A DNA stretch of 55,548 nt, filler included, from Stramenopiles sp. TOSAG23-3 (taxonomy: Eukaryota): the NCBI GenBank assembly GCA_900128585.1. It is 4 parts of 4 records of this genome, joined end to end, with 100 filler letters (N's around TTAATTAATTAA, not from the genome) between each part and the next. Parts side by side here need not be neighbours in the genome. Positions count along the whole stretch, not along the records: positions 1 to 25,664 come from LT642286.1; positions 25,765 to 51,249 come from LT642287.1; 2 more parts are not named here. One strand, 5' to 3'. How positions within the stretch are numbered: position 1 is the first letter of the stretch; each line of letters starts with the position of its first letter. A program made the position numbers and the translations under genes. The notes beneath the pieces are model-generated. The model searched no databases, was not told the DNA's origin, and saw nothing but the letters and a program-made list of their open reading frames with translations. This document shows, in pieces, positions 22,431 through 33,700 of the stretch.

Positions 22431-22960
22431 TAATGCTATTCCATGTAAATTTTATCCTTTTTGTTAAAAAATAAAAACACGACCGTCGTTGGTTTTCTTT
22501 AAGTAAAAGGCTTTGATAGACACCTGTTCAACAAAGCCGACTCGATTTTCAAAGTATGGAATTGTCCCGCCAGAAAATGACAAAAGAAAGCAAAGGAGAG
22601 ACTTATCTGCATAAGTTTAGCTCATGCAAATATTCCTCTACGGATGTACGGTCTTCAACGAACGTTTGTAAATTGTTTGCCCTATAATGACTTGGAATTG
22701 CGGTTCCAAGGGACAATTTTTTTAGAAATGTGTGATTTGGGGCAAATGCCACCCGGTCAGACACTTATTCCTTCGTTCGCGTTGGAAAAATGAGGCGTAG
22801 TGGCATAATTTCTCATATCTCAAAAGACTTTTGACCATTTAAAATTGTAAAAATTATCCATTTTTCATAAAGATCTCTTTGTTTCAAATAGTTCGCACAA
22901 AGTGCTTTCCCATTTTTCAATTCCGCGCCAAAGATACAGAAGAGAGGAATAATTCGTCTC
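22431..22960 (+). repeat. Repeat family B, ~530-bp interspersed non-coding element (most complete copy)
   Basis: 22431-22790 aligns with 53010-53399; 22827-22960 aligns with the reverse complement of 51116-51249. Confidence 0.9.
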
Positions 22961-23088
22961 TCATCCATCATCGCATTCTTCCTTCGGTATTTTCTATGCT
23001 GTGTTTATGTCAAATACCGCGTTCTCAAAACAACAGGAAGGTAGGATGAAGCGTACAAGTTGAAGAAAATTATTATTATTCCTGTAGT

Positions 23089-23214
23089 NNNNNNNNNNNN
23101 NNNNNNNNNNNNNNNNNNNNNNNNNNNNNNNNNNNNNNNNNNNNNNNNNNNNNNNNNNNNNNNNNNNNNNNNNNNNNNNNNNNNNNNNNNNNNNNNNNNN
23201 NNNNNNNNNNNNNN
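23089..23214. other. Assembly gap (126 N)
   Basis: N run. Confidence 1.
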
Positions 23215-23392
23215 TATATATAAACGCAGATGATTAAACCCAATAGGAATGTTCTTCAATTTAACTTGGAGATGCAATTACTTTGACACCCCCCCCTTCT
23301 TGTTTGAAGAGACCGGCTGCGTGTTTTTCTTTCTCTCACTTCTCTTCTTCCCTTCCTCTCTCTCCCCTTCTTCACGGATTGTTATTATTATT

Positions 23393-24079
23393 ATGGGAGC
23401 AGCGTCGTCCACCGAAGGTCCAGTGCCTCGCAAGACTCACGAAAAACAAGTCCGTGAGTTACATGACAGGTTTGACCGGCGAAAACGCGAGATCGAGACG
23501 ACCTGGTGTGCTAGATACGACGAGTTGCAGTCAGAGTACAACTATTTTCGGTACGCAGCTGGTTTGGGGCTGATGGGCTTGGGGGTGGTGTACATGGTGT
23601 TTGCAAAGAGCGCCCGTGGGACGGGCGCGTTGACGAAGGAGGCGGCGAACCAACTTCGCCTGGAGGCCCAACGCTCAAAAGACATGGCGAAGCGAGAAGC
23701 CGGCAGGGCTGTCAACGAGGCGAACAAATCGTTCGCCAAAGAGTTGATAGTGGTTTCCGACGACCTGGACAGGGCACTCGGCGCATTGTCCGAGGACGAA
23801 GCGTCCAGCGACATGCACGACGGGGTCCTTCTGACACAGAAAGCGCTAGAGAAAGCGTTTAGCAACCACGGTTTGACTAAACTCAACCCTCTTGGGGAAC
23901 CATTTGACCCTAATTTCCACGAGTCGATTTTCTGCGTTACAGAGAAAGAGGCAAATAATTTTGAAAACAATCATATATCCGAAGTAGAGACAGTTGGGTT
24001 CCTGCTGCATGGGACGGTCCTCCGAGCTCCGAGAGTGATTATCAACAAGTGGGACGCGGACGAGGGTCAGACGGACTAA
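23393..24079 (+). CDS. grpE: GrpE-family nucleotide exchange factor with an atypical N-terminal hydrophobic segment
   Basis: FAKELIVVSDDLDRAL, GVLLTQKAL, NPLGEPFDPNFHES, GFLLHGTVLRAPRV; first ATG after the T-rich leader at 23393. Confidence 0.88.
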   Translation: MGAASSTEGPVPRKTHEKQVRELHDRFDRRKREIETTWCARYDELQSEYNYFRYAAGLGLMGLGVVYMVFAKSARGTGALTKEAANQLRLEAQRSKDMAKREAGRAVNEANKSFAKELIVVSDDLDRALGALSEDEASSDMHDGVLLTQKALEKAFSNHGLTKLNPLGEPFDPNFHESIFCVTEKEANNFENNHISEVETVGFLLHGTVLRAPRVIINKWDADEGQTD

Positions 24080-24203
24080 GGACGTAATAGTAGTTATAGT
24101 TACGGGTTGCGGCTATTTCGTGCGAGGACGAAGGAAGGCACTAACAAAAGCAAAAGCAATTTAAGAGAACATCTCTTAATCCTGTCTGTTATTTAGATAC
24201 ATG

Positions 24204-24408
24204 TAAAGGTTATTAAAAATGTATTTCTTACCTGCCAAATGTTCAACCCATACAAGCAGACTCTTGTCCTATCACCATCCTCTAATTCGCTCCATCTAGA
24301 ATCACCCAACACTATCTTAAGATTTTTTATTTGTGGTAAAGACGGAAAGAGTCCGCTTGTATGGGTTGAACATTTGGCAGGTAAGAAATACATTTTTAAT
24401 AACCTTTA
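24204..24408. mobile_element. MITE-like foldback element (201 bp, ~60-bp TIRs, TA on both sides)
   Basis: 24203-24265 is the reverse complement of 24347-24409 with one mismatch; TA at 24204-24205 and 24407-24408. Confidence 0.8.
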
Positions 24409-25196
24409 CCTGCCCCCAAGTACGACGCTTTGAACATCGTGCCCCGATACAAGCCTTTCATTCCTTCCGCCCCCAACAGCTCCTTTGCAACTACGAAGTG
24501 CTCCACGACGCCTTTGATGCCGATCCCATGCGCTGGACGGTTTGGGTCTAAAAACATACGCTTTTGGACAACAGAGCGAATGACGTCTGCAGGAATGTTC
24601 CCGCAGAGGGCCCCGGTCACACCCGCGCAGAAGCCACCCCCCAAGCTGGCCACAAACGGCGGAAGATTTGCATCTCGAAAATAACCACGGTACGTGCTCA
24701 AGGTGCCAAAGTAAATTCCAGTAAAGATAGACTGGCGCAGTTGCATGCCGAACCAGCCGCAGTACAAGCCGCTCAGGCCTCTCTGCTTGTACGTGTGCTT
24801 CATGAATGCAACCATGCTGTTCTTAAATTTATTTGTAGTGTCGACCTGCAGGCCTAACTTTGCAACCTCAAACGGAGAGATCGCCAGAATTTCTGGGAAC
24901 GTGGCGAGGGCGCCCGCCGCAATCTTCTGCGGAATCGAACACTCGCTCGGCTTCTTCCCCCATAGGGCGTTCGACATAACTGGGTTGAAAAAAAACTTAC
25001 TGGCGCGCATCACCGTCGCACGGGTAACTTCTGGCGCCATTCCTTGCCCAAAAAAACCCCTAACCCCATACTTTGCGTAAAAATCCCCCCTGGACGTCCC
25101 AGACATCTTCAAGGCGCGCAAAACGTCGACAGGGTAGAACACTACCGCCACGACGAGACTGCTCGCCCCCAACGGAACCAGCGTGTCAAAGTTCAT
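24396..25196 (-). CDS. Mitochondrial carrier family protein; 3' end interrupted by the foldback element or an intron (possible last exon 24140-24100)
   Basis: YPVDVLR, SPFEVAKL, IPADVIRS signatures and LYRG; homology stops at GCAG|GTAAAG before the sixth TM helix is complete. Confidence 0.88.
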   Translation of the reverse strand: MNFDTLVPLGASSLVVAVVFYPVDVLRALKMSGTSRGDFYAKYGVRGFFGQGMAPEVTRATVMRASKFFFNPVMSNALWGKKPSECSIPQKIAAGALATFPEILAISPFEVAKLGLQVDTTNKFKNSMVAFMKHTYKQRGLSGLYCGWFGMQLRQSIFTGIYFGTLSTYRGYFRDANLPPFVASLGGGFCAGVTGALCGNIPADVIRSVVQKRMFLDPNRPAHGIGIKGVVEHFVVAKELLGAEGMKGLYRGTMFKASYLGAGKGY

Positions 25197-25664
25197 TCCA
25201 AAGTCCGTCTCCGTTCGTCTTTTTGCCGGAGCTACGTATGTACGTCACAAAGTTTTATAAAGAGAGAGTGAAAAAAAAGTAGGAGCAGATTGAATATTTT
25301 TCTTACTCCGTTTAAAGCGTTCCGTTTCCAAGAATTTCTATCTATCAATTTGGAATTGATTATATAGTTTATTCCTTCTTTCATTTGTTCAATCACAGTC
25401 GTATTATATATAGCTTCATACCTACACCTCATCATCATACATACTTGAACCTATAAGAAATATAGACGACACAACACCCGACAACATTTAAAAAAAAAAA
25501 AAATAATAATAAAAAAATAATATAATAAGCTTGATATTTTTTTGGTATTTTTTGGTACGGTATTTGTGCAAAGTAATATTAAAAAAATTATTGCTCCTTA
25601 TATGACGTTATATTTCTTGGCTTAATTACTACACTGGTCGCTGCGTGGGCTGCATCACTTTTGA

Positions 25665-25764
25665 NNNNNNNNNNNNNNNNNNNNNNNNNNNNNNNNNNNN
25701 NNNNNNNNTTAATTAATTAANNNNNNNNNNNNNNNNNNNNNNNNNNNNNNNNNNNNNNNNNNNN
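25665..25764. other. Scaffold gap with artificial six-frame-stop linker
   Basis: 44 N + TTAATTAATTAA + 44 N. Confidence 0.97.
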
Positions 25765-25836
<72 letters not shown>

Positions 25837-25837
25837 A
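25765..25837. repeat. (AAAG)n microsatellite
   Basis: Perfect tetranucleotide run abutting the gap. Confidence 0.97.
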
Positions 25838-26043
25838 GATACAACAAGAAATTGATTATATTACATTCGTACCGGTAGAATAGGAGGAGGAGTCAGTCGC
25901 TCGGTAGAGATTCTAAGCATTAATATATACACAGCATAGCGAATGATGCTGTGTCGATTCTCCCAAGAAGAAGGAGAAGGACTTTATCTTTCTTATTTCA
26001 TACTACATACTTTTATTACATATAGACGACTATCTAAAACACA

Positions 26044-27792
26044 TTAACCGTCAGGGTAGATGATTTTGTCGACCATGTGAAGGATTGTTCCGTTCTCCAC
26101 CCTTATGTCCCGCTTTCCATCGATCACACGGACCACTCTTCTTGGCTGATTTCGAGTTCCTAGCCAAAGGACGTACTCCCCGACCTCGTTCAGTCTACAG
26201 TTCATCGTCTGCTCCATGTTCCCACAGAGGAGCATTCCTGGTCCTTGGTTGCCAAGGATGTACAGGTCTTGCATCTGGTAAGGACCCCCAAGGATGTGGG
26301 TTCCCCAACAATCATCTTCCCATGTATCCACGAACTCGTCCAAAAATGCACTGTCGGGGGGTACAAATAACGTCACCCCGTGAAATTGTTCTGGGCGTTC
26401 GTGCACCTGCTCGTGGACGATTTCGAGAAACCGGCCAGCGTCTCCAAAGCCTTTCAACGCTTCCAACAAGGAGGGAACTTTCAAGTTTGCCTCTGCTACT
26501 TTCTCGTTAACAATCTTCTCCGCTACCTCGACCTTCTTCTTGAGAAGCTTTATGCCGCTTTCGAACCGAGCGCTGCTCGCGCCGGGCTTGGTCAAGGCCG
26601 CAACTTTTTGCAGCGCTGCCCCCGCCGCCTTCAGCCTCTTTTCTATGGACTCCAAGTGACACACGGGCCGTGCATCGTCCGTTATGGCCGCCAGGCGATC
26701 CTTGTACTTTCTGTACTCTTTCATCAGCCTAACGTGATTATCCTTCGTCGCACGCTTCTCTCTCCTCGCCTGCGCCTTTGCGGCCTTCTCTTCCCGCTCC
26801 CGCTTATCCTTGCCGAGAGTGCGCCTCGCCTCCCTCAGGCGGCGGTTTTGTCTACAAAAGTAACCGGTGGTGTCAAAGTCTACCCGGCACACCACTTGGT
26901 CGTCGGTGCGGTCGTCGTACAGAATGCCCCCGTTCATTGCATAGTATGCCGTCGAGTACCCTTCGAACGTTTTGAACTGAACGTACGCGTCAAACGTTAG
27001 GGAATCTTCCTGGTCCCTGCTGACCATCTCAAACATTAAGTCTACGGATTTGACAGGACCGAAGCGCATGAAGGCGGCCTGGACGATTATGTGCCCGCGC
27101 TGCGTAAAGTTGAAAAGGCGGTCGTCGGGGGCAGCCCCTAAATCGTTGTCGTCGTCGTCAATGAACCAGATCGCCGGAAGGGAGTACAGAACAAGGGTGT
27201 CCGGTCGCTCCCCCGAGGGCAACTGTTCGAAATACGGTGCACTTGGAATTTTGTGCTGCACTAGCACAGCATGGCGGAAAAAATCACTCCAAGGGTAGTT
27301 GTCCGGGCCTTTTGCCAACAACATGACCTCGTGCTCAAGGGGAGAGGCGAGGTGGACGTGGCTGTAGAACCGAACGCTGGGGGACAACGTTTCCAACGAA
27401 ATTCTTTGCTCTGACTGGCGCGACGAGACTGACCTTGCTTTTGAACTTGGTCTAGGAATGCTCAAATCCTCTGCTTTTCGTTCGCTGTAATGGTCGCCTT
27501 CCTTTTCAGAATAGTCTGCGTCCTCCTCCCCAGCCGTTTCCCCGCTACTTCCGGGCGACGGGGTCACTGGCGAACCCGCCCCGATTTGTTCTTGTTCCTC
27601 GTGCTCTTGGTGCTCCTCCTTTTCTGCTGGAGTCATTGGTCGAGGAATGGAGGAAAGGGGTGTACTAATTCGTTCTGCATTCTTTCCCTCTTCCTGAAAC
27701 ACGCTCTTCTGCCTATGCTGCTCTCCTTTCTCCTCTTTGATTTTCTGTCCGCCAACCTCGTTGCCCTCCGCGAACAAGTCCAAGGCGTCCAT
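26044..27792 (-). CDS. AKAP17A-like RRM protein fused to a C-terminal fasciclin (FAS1)-like domain
   Basis: ERPDTLVLYSLPAIWF, FMRFGPVKSVD, FDAYVQF, VDFDTTGY + coiled coil (AKAP17A-like); VTLFVPPDSAF and ENGTILHMVDKII (FAS1 H1/H2). Confidence 0.78.
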   Translation of the reverse strand: MDALDLFAEGNEVGGQKIKEEKGEQHRQKSVFQEEGKNAERISTPLSSIPRPMTPAEKEEHQEHEEQEQIGAGSPVTPSPGSSGETAGEEDADYSEKEGDHYSERKAEDLSIPRPSSKARSVSSRQSEQRISLETLSPSVRFYSHVHLASPLEHEVMLLAKGPDNYPWSDFFRHAVLVQHKIPSAPYFEQLPSGERPDTLVLYSLPAIWFIDDDDNDLGAAPDDRLFNFTQRGHIIVQAAFMRFGPVKSVDLMFEMVSRDQEDSLTFDAYVQFKTFEGYSTAYYAMNGGILYDDRTDDQVVCRVDFDTTGYFCRQNRRLREARRTLGKDKREREEKAAKAQARREKRATKDNHVRLMKEYRKYKDRLAAITDDARPVCHLESIEKRLKAAGAALQKVAALTKPGASSARFESGIKLLKKKVEVAEKIVNEKVAEANLKVPSLLEALKGFGDAGRFLEIVHEQVHERPEQFHGVTLFVPPDSAFLDEFVDTWEDDCWGTHILGGPYQMQDLYILGNQGPGMLLCGNMEQTMNCRLNEVGEYVLWLGTRNQPRRVVRVIDGKRDIRVENGTILHMVDKIIYPDG

Positions 27793-28374
27793 TTCTACTA
27801 TCCAATGTTCCTTCTCAGTCGATTAAATACACCGAGGTCAAGGTCAATCCAAATAAAAAATATTTCACGCGCCCATGCCGTTAATTTCTGAAATCGCAAC
27901 AAAAAAATACTTTTCTTTCGAAAGAATCGTTTCCTGGTTTCGTTTTCTTTTATATTCCATTTCGAACATTTCAAAATTTGAACTACAAACAACGATTGAT
28001 TATTATTACTTCTTTTTTGTTGTTGTTGTTCTTGTGTTGTGCTCTAATTAATATTTAGTCTAGTTATTATTTTTTATGATATAGAAATAGCACAGGACGT
28101 CCGTTATTTTAGATGCTTCTTCATCAACATAATTCTTCTTCTTTTTTTTTTCAAAAAAAATAAAATACAAATAAAATACCACACCACCACCACCACTCTT
28201 CTTATCTTTTTTCTTTGTGAATTTAATAATAATTCTTCTGAACAAAAGTTAATTGTTTGAAAAAGTATTTGGGGACGTATAGTTAATCCATGGTGTTTTT
28301 GTGAAAAGGTGGTGTACTTTCAATTCAAGAAACAGTTCTTGAAGGACATTATTACAGGGTAGTTACTGCCTGCA

Positions 28375-30036
28375 ATGCTCAGTAGAGTGAACGTAGTTGC
28401 CTCGTGGTTCACGGGAGGAGTTCGCGTCCGGAAGAGGGGGTTTTGCTCTGCCCTGTTGGAGAAGTTGGAAGTTCATGCTGAAACGAACGGATCCTCAACT
28501 GCCATTATTGAAAATTTTGTGGGCTCCTCGAGGAAGGAAACGAACTACAAGGCACTTTGGGAGAAAGTCAAACTTACTGCCGACGCCCTCAGCCAGGCTG
28601 AGCCTTCGCCGGGCCGAACGTCCCCCAGAAGCAACCGGGTCGGATTTTTATGTCAACCGGGCAGCAACTATGTGATTACCCTCTTTGCCATTTGGAGGTG
28701 TGGTTACGTCGCCGTTCCACTGTCGCCCGCTCACCCTGCGAAAGAGCTGGACTACATCATCAATGATGGCGACGTTGATTTCGTTCTTGCAGAGCCAGAG
28801 TTTATCGAGAGCGAGAATCACCTGCAACCCCTTGCCCTGGAGAACCAACCTGTGCTGGACGTGGAGGGTTTGATACAGGCTGCAAACGCTGAGGAAGAAT
28901 CGACCCTGTCGCGGAAGAATGCAGCGCCAGGACGTGCTGCTGCGTACTTGATATACACCAGTGGTACGACAGGGCGCCCAAAGGGAGTCGTGCACACCCA
29001 CAAAGCCATTGAAGTGCAGGTGAACGACTTGGTCTCAGCGTGGAAATGGCAAAACACAGACCACATTCTCCACTTTCTTCCTTTGCACCATGTCCATGGT
29101 GTCGTAAATAAACTCCTGTGCTGCCTGTATGCGGGCGCTGTCTGCGAATTTATCGATAGCACACCCGAATCGATCCTTTCACGCTTGGTAGGGGCCAATG
29201 CCCTGGGCGACATAAATTTATTCATGGCTGTCCCAACAGTCTATGCGCGCTTGATAGAAGCTTACCATAAGCTCCCTAAGAAAGAGCAGGAAAAAGTGTA
29301 CACTTCGTGCCAGAACATGCGCCTGATGGTCAGCGGCTCTGCTGCGTTGCCAACAGGGGTAATGAAAGAGTGGGAGAGAATAAGTGGTCACACGCTGCTG
29401 GAGCGTTACGGCATGACAGAATTCTGCATGGCCCTGAGCAACCCGTTGACACCTGTGGAAGAACGGCACCCGGGCTGTGTGGGTCTACCTCTTCCATCCG
29501 TGGAGGTAAGAATATGTGGTACGTCGAACCCCTCCGATGTCGCCGAAGTTTCCCCTGGAACGTCGGGCGAGCTTCGTGTCAAAGGGAAAGGGGTGTTTAA
29601 GATTTACCACAACCGTCCGGAAGAAACAGAGAGCGCGTTTGACGATGAAGGCTACTTTATGACGGGAGACATCGCCCGGTACAACAGTGATTTGGAAACG
29701 TACGAAATTTTGGGTCGTGCAAGTGTGGACATAATTAAGTCTGGCGGCTACAAAATCAGCGCGTTGGAAGTGGAGCGGCATTTGCTCGACCACCCCTGCA
29801 TTGCTGAGGTGTCCGTCATTGGCCTGGTAGACCCAACATGGGGGGAAAATGTTGTCGCGGTGGTGCGACTCACCGAACAGTCGTCTGGTTTGGAGTTGGA
29901 CGATTTGCGTCAGTGGGCATCAAAGCGAATTGCGTCGTACAAACTTCCAACAAAAATGCACATTGTAGAAGCTATTCAAAAAAACGCAATTGGAAAAATC
30001 AACAAAAAAGAATTGGCAAAGAATTTTGAAATATAA
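28375..30036 (+). CDS. ACSF3: Malonyl-CoA synthetase-like acyl-CoA ligase (ACSF3/MatB) with a mitochondrial-type presequence
   Basis: YTSGTTGRPKG, LPLHHVHG, FMAVPTVY, RLMVSGSAAL, LERYGMTE, ILGRASVDIIKSGGYKISALEVE. Confidence 0.9.
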   Translation: MLSRVNVVASWFTGGVRVRKRGFCSALLEKLEVHAETNGSSTAIIENFVGSSRKETNYKALWEKVKLTADALSQAEPSPGRTSPRSNRVGFLCQPGSNYVITLFAIWRCGYVAVPLSPAHPAKELDYIINDGDVDFVLAEPEFIESENHLQPLALENQPVLDVEGLIQAANAEEESTLSRKNAAPGRAAAYLIYTSGTTGRPKGVVHTHKAIEVQVNDLVSAWKWQNTDHILHFLPLHHVHGVVNKLLCCLYAGAVCEFIDSTPESILSRLVGANALGDINLFMAVPTVYARLIEAYHKLPKKEQEKVYTSCQNMRLMVSGSAALPTGVMKEWERISGHTLLERYGMTEFCMALSNPLTPVEERHPGCVGLPLPSVEVRICGTSNPSDVAEVSPGTSGELRVKGKGVFKIYHNRPEETESAFDDEGYFMTGDIARYNSDLETYEILGRASVDIIKSGGYKISALEVERHLLDHPCIAEVSVIGLVDPTWGENVVAVVRLTEQSSGLELDDLRQWASKRIASYKLPTKMHIVEAIQKNAIGKINKKELAKNFEI

Positions 30037-30779
30037 AATATGCAATATTATTTTATTTTTGTTATTTTAATTATTATTGCTTCACAGAAGGATGATCATG
30101 TGGTGTTGGTTGGATGGATGAATTCTTTTTTTTTTCTTTGCTATAATAATATTATTTATTATTATTTTTTTACCCATTTATTTATTACCGCCGGTATTAC
30201 CGGTAGACCAATTAGTTAATATTATTCGGTCTATTTAATATTAATATTAATACCAGGTAATAAGGAATCACCGAAGTTCAACAACAACAACAATCGAAAA
30301 AACATTTTATTTTTTAAATAATATATTATTAATATCTAGACGACCAATAACAGCATTGCAATAGCATCATAAATAAGACGAAGAAGACGTATTTTAATAA
30401 ATTACTACAACAACAACAACAGCAGTTGAAAAAAAAAAAAAGAAGGAAGAAGAAGAGAAGAAGAGAAGAAGAGAAGGAAGAAGAAGAGAAAAGAAGAGGA
30501 GATTTTATTATTATTATTATTTTATTATTTTTTTTTTATTATATTATTAATAATTTTAAAAAATTATATTAATATATTTGATTAATAACGGTGAATAATC
30601 ATATTATTATACGAGGAGCAAGTTGTTGCGCATGAAAAATAGACGATCAATGCATGAAGAATTTTCGTAAGTGTGCTCGAATGAATGCAAAGTTAAAGCG
30701 TTGAGTCCCAAGTGTCCACGCAACTAATTTTGGCTTGGTGCGTACTCACACTCACACATAGTACGTAACTACGTGCAAC

Positions 30780-33700
30780 ATGTTAAAGAAACACCATGAA
30801 AAAATCCGTGGTGGTGTTCGAAGTTTTATCCACTTCCTTACCCGGTTGTACATATCTGACGTGGAAGTGAGGGGGCTCCGAAATTTGCAACGATTGCAAA
30901 GCGGGAGCAGCGGGGCCATTTTTGCTGGTAATCATCCCTCCGGACTGCTCGACCCAATGGTTGTCATGACTGCCCTTCCAGACAAGAAAATTAGTTCAGT
31001 GGCAAAGTACGGCCTGTTCAAAGCCCCCGTCGTGGGCTTCTTCCTTCAAGTTATGCAAAGCGTGCCGGTTGCGCAGCCCTACGATCATGACCTCCCCCCA
31101 GAAAAGCAGATGCCAAAGGAGGAGCGTCAGAAAATGAATGAGCAGATGTTCAAGACCGTCACGCAACGTTTGGTTGACGGTGTGAACGTGTGCATTTTTC
31201 CCGAGGGGACGTGCCATTCCACCCCACAAATCAAGGCGCTGAAAGTTGGGACAGCGCGGATGGCGCTGCAAGTATCGGCCGGAACGAACGGGGAGATGCG
31301 AATACCCATTTTTCCTGTGGGGATAACGTACTCCGTTCCGAGTGGTGCAAGGTTTAGAGCAAAGGTTTTGGTAGACATTGGGCACCCCGTTGAAGTAACG
31401 GATGAACTGTTGGCAATGTACCAAAGTGGAGACCCTTCTGCCGCCCGTTTGGCAGAGGAAAAGATGACGGGCCGTATCGATCGCCACCTCAGCGACGTGA
31501 CCGTGCGTGTGCCGGACTGGGTTGTGGAGCTTGAAAAGCACTGCAAAGTCAGGGGCTTGGCCAAGCCTGTTTATTCAACCGTGCGTAAAGGCAAGAAATG
31601 GTACGAGCAGCAGGGGGTTGCCTTGGGGAAATTCGTGTTTGGGGACCAACAGGAGGGAGCCGTCGGGGTCAGGGAAGACTTTCAGCAGTACGACTCTGAC
31701 AAAGACGGGGCCCTGACGGCCGCTGAACTTTCAACGATGATGGGTGAAAAATTGGGCGCTACGGTGTCCATCAAACAAGCAGAAAAGATGATTTCTGATT
31801 TTTCAAAAAATGGCGAAAAAACCTTATCTCTGCTAGAGTTTGAAACCATGGTCGGCATGGAGCGAAGGAAAGAACAGTGCCGCATCGAGGTAGGGGATGC
31901 CGCGTTCACCAGCGTCCCCCACTACGAAACGGTGGCGGAAGCCCGAAGGCGAATGCGAAAAACGCAGGCGGACAGTGCCATGCAGTCTGGCGCCATCGCG
32001 GCCGCAAAAATTGTTCCAGAAAAACCCAGCATTGAGCTGCAACGAGATGCGGCCCGCAATGCACTGTTTAGTCTGGCAAAACTGCAGCCGACGCCAAGCG
32101 AGTGGGACTTCATTAACTTAATGCACTTATCGCGCCGCATCTACAAGCCCCACTCTGCAAAGTTAACGCTGGGGCAGTATGCCGACTTGACTCGGTCGTT
32201 CGCCAAAGTAGCTGTGCGACGAATTGACGATCCTGTCTTTCAAAAGCTTTGGAAAAGTGTCATGGGGTACAACAGCAAATTGGGAGAGCTGGGTTTGACG
32301 GACAAGTACGTCGCTCAGCATGCTAGGGGGTCCGACCCGCTCAATGAACGGTTGAACAAACTGCGCGAGAAGGCCCGCTTGACGATCGCAACGACCTTTT
32401 TGAAGCAAATGGTCGGGCTCGCGGGCGGCATCGCGCACAGTCCAATTGTAATTCTGGCGCAGGTCGCTGGGACTAAAATGGGCGTGGATGAGTTCGGGGA
32501 CCGAAGTGTTGAGGCCACCATGAGAATAGTTGCGAGCCTTGGAGGCATCGTGCTATATTACCCCACAGTTGCAATTGCCGTCAGCGCGTACTCTGGCTCG
32601 TTCCTGCTCGGGCTGTCCGTGATCCCCGCCATGGCACTCTCGGGCTATACATGGATACATCAGCGACCTATGCAAAACGCCGTAAAGCTGCTAAAAGGGT
32701 CTTTAAAACTTCTAACGAGCAAAGACACTGTTGATGGGCTGCGCCTGGAACGATCTCTGCTTCAATCTGAACTGCGGGACTTCGCCGACGCCCACGCGGC
32801 GCCCGGCGTGAAAGGCTGGTGGAAAAACCCAGAGAAGTACATTTCCAAAATCAAAGAAAAGCGAGTGCAGGAGACAATGGAATTTCTTGAAGGAGCCCAA
32901 CGGGTAACGCAACAGGGCATAGAGCAAGCGGCGTTGGTCCCATTGACGATTCCGCTGTCCAATCGTTTTAAACGCATCGAGAACGAGCGGGCCGTGCTTA
33001 CACTGAAACAATCCCAAGGGAACGAGAACGTTTTGCTCTGGATCCCGGGCCGAAACGACAGTTTCTTTCACGTCCACATCTTGGACAGAGTGCTAAATGC
33101 TGGCTTTGATTTGGCTGTCTTGGACCTGCGGCGCTGCGGTCGCAGCAAAATCGATGCAGACGGGACAACCCCTCTGGTAGAAGAATTTCTGGCCCACGAC
33201 TCTTACGACTTTGCGGAGTACCACGAAGAATTCGACTCGGCTTTGTCTTTTCTCAAAAGGCCCACGCCGCTCTCTCCCACACTGGATGTTGCCGCCGGCA
33301 ACGGCTGCGGGAAGTACTATGAAAATATCGTCGTGTACGCGCACTCTACAGGCGGGCTGGTTGCAGCACAATACGGTGCAGACGGTAGTGACAACAGTGG
33401 TGCATGGCGGGGAGCAATCGATGGGTATATCTTCAACTCGCCATTTTGGTCGTGGAATCTACCCTGGTACAACAAGCTCCTGCTCGAAAAGCTCGAGAAT
33501 GCAATGAGGGCTGACCTAGTCGATCCGGGCACGAAAATGTCGGTGGGGGGAGCTCCATCAGAGTACTCCATGGACTTGTACAAGACGTACGGTTTTACGC
33601 ACCCGCTTTTGAAAAGCCTGAAAGACCTGCATGTCACTGCTGGATGGATGAACGCCGTCAAAAGTGTCCAAACCCAACTTTACGACGGAAGACTCGTTTT

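Noticed and set aside
21262-25196. Mitochondrial gene cluster (two carriers around GrpE)
   Set aside because: Carriers are a large family and gaps interrupt the region; proximity alone is not evidence
25709-25720. TTAATTAATTAA inside N runs (also 51294-51305 and 53444-53455)
   Set aside because: Identical 44N-12-44N layout each time: an artificial six-frame-stop scaffold linker
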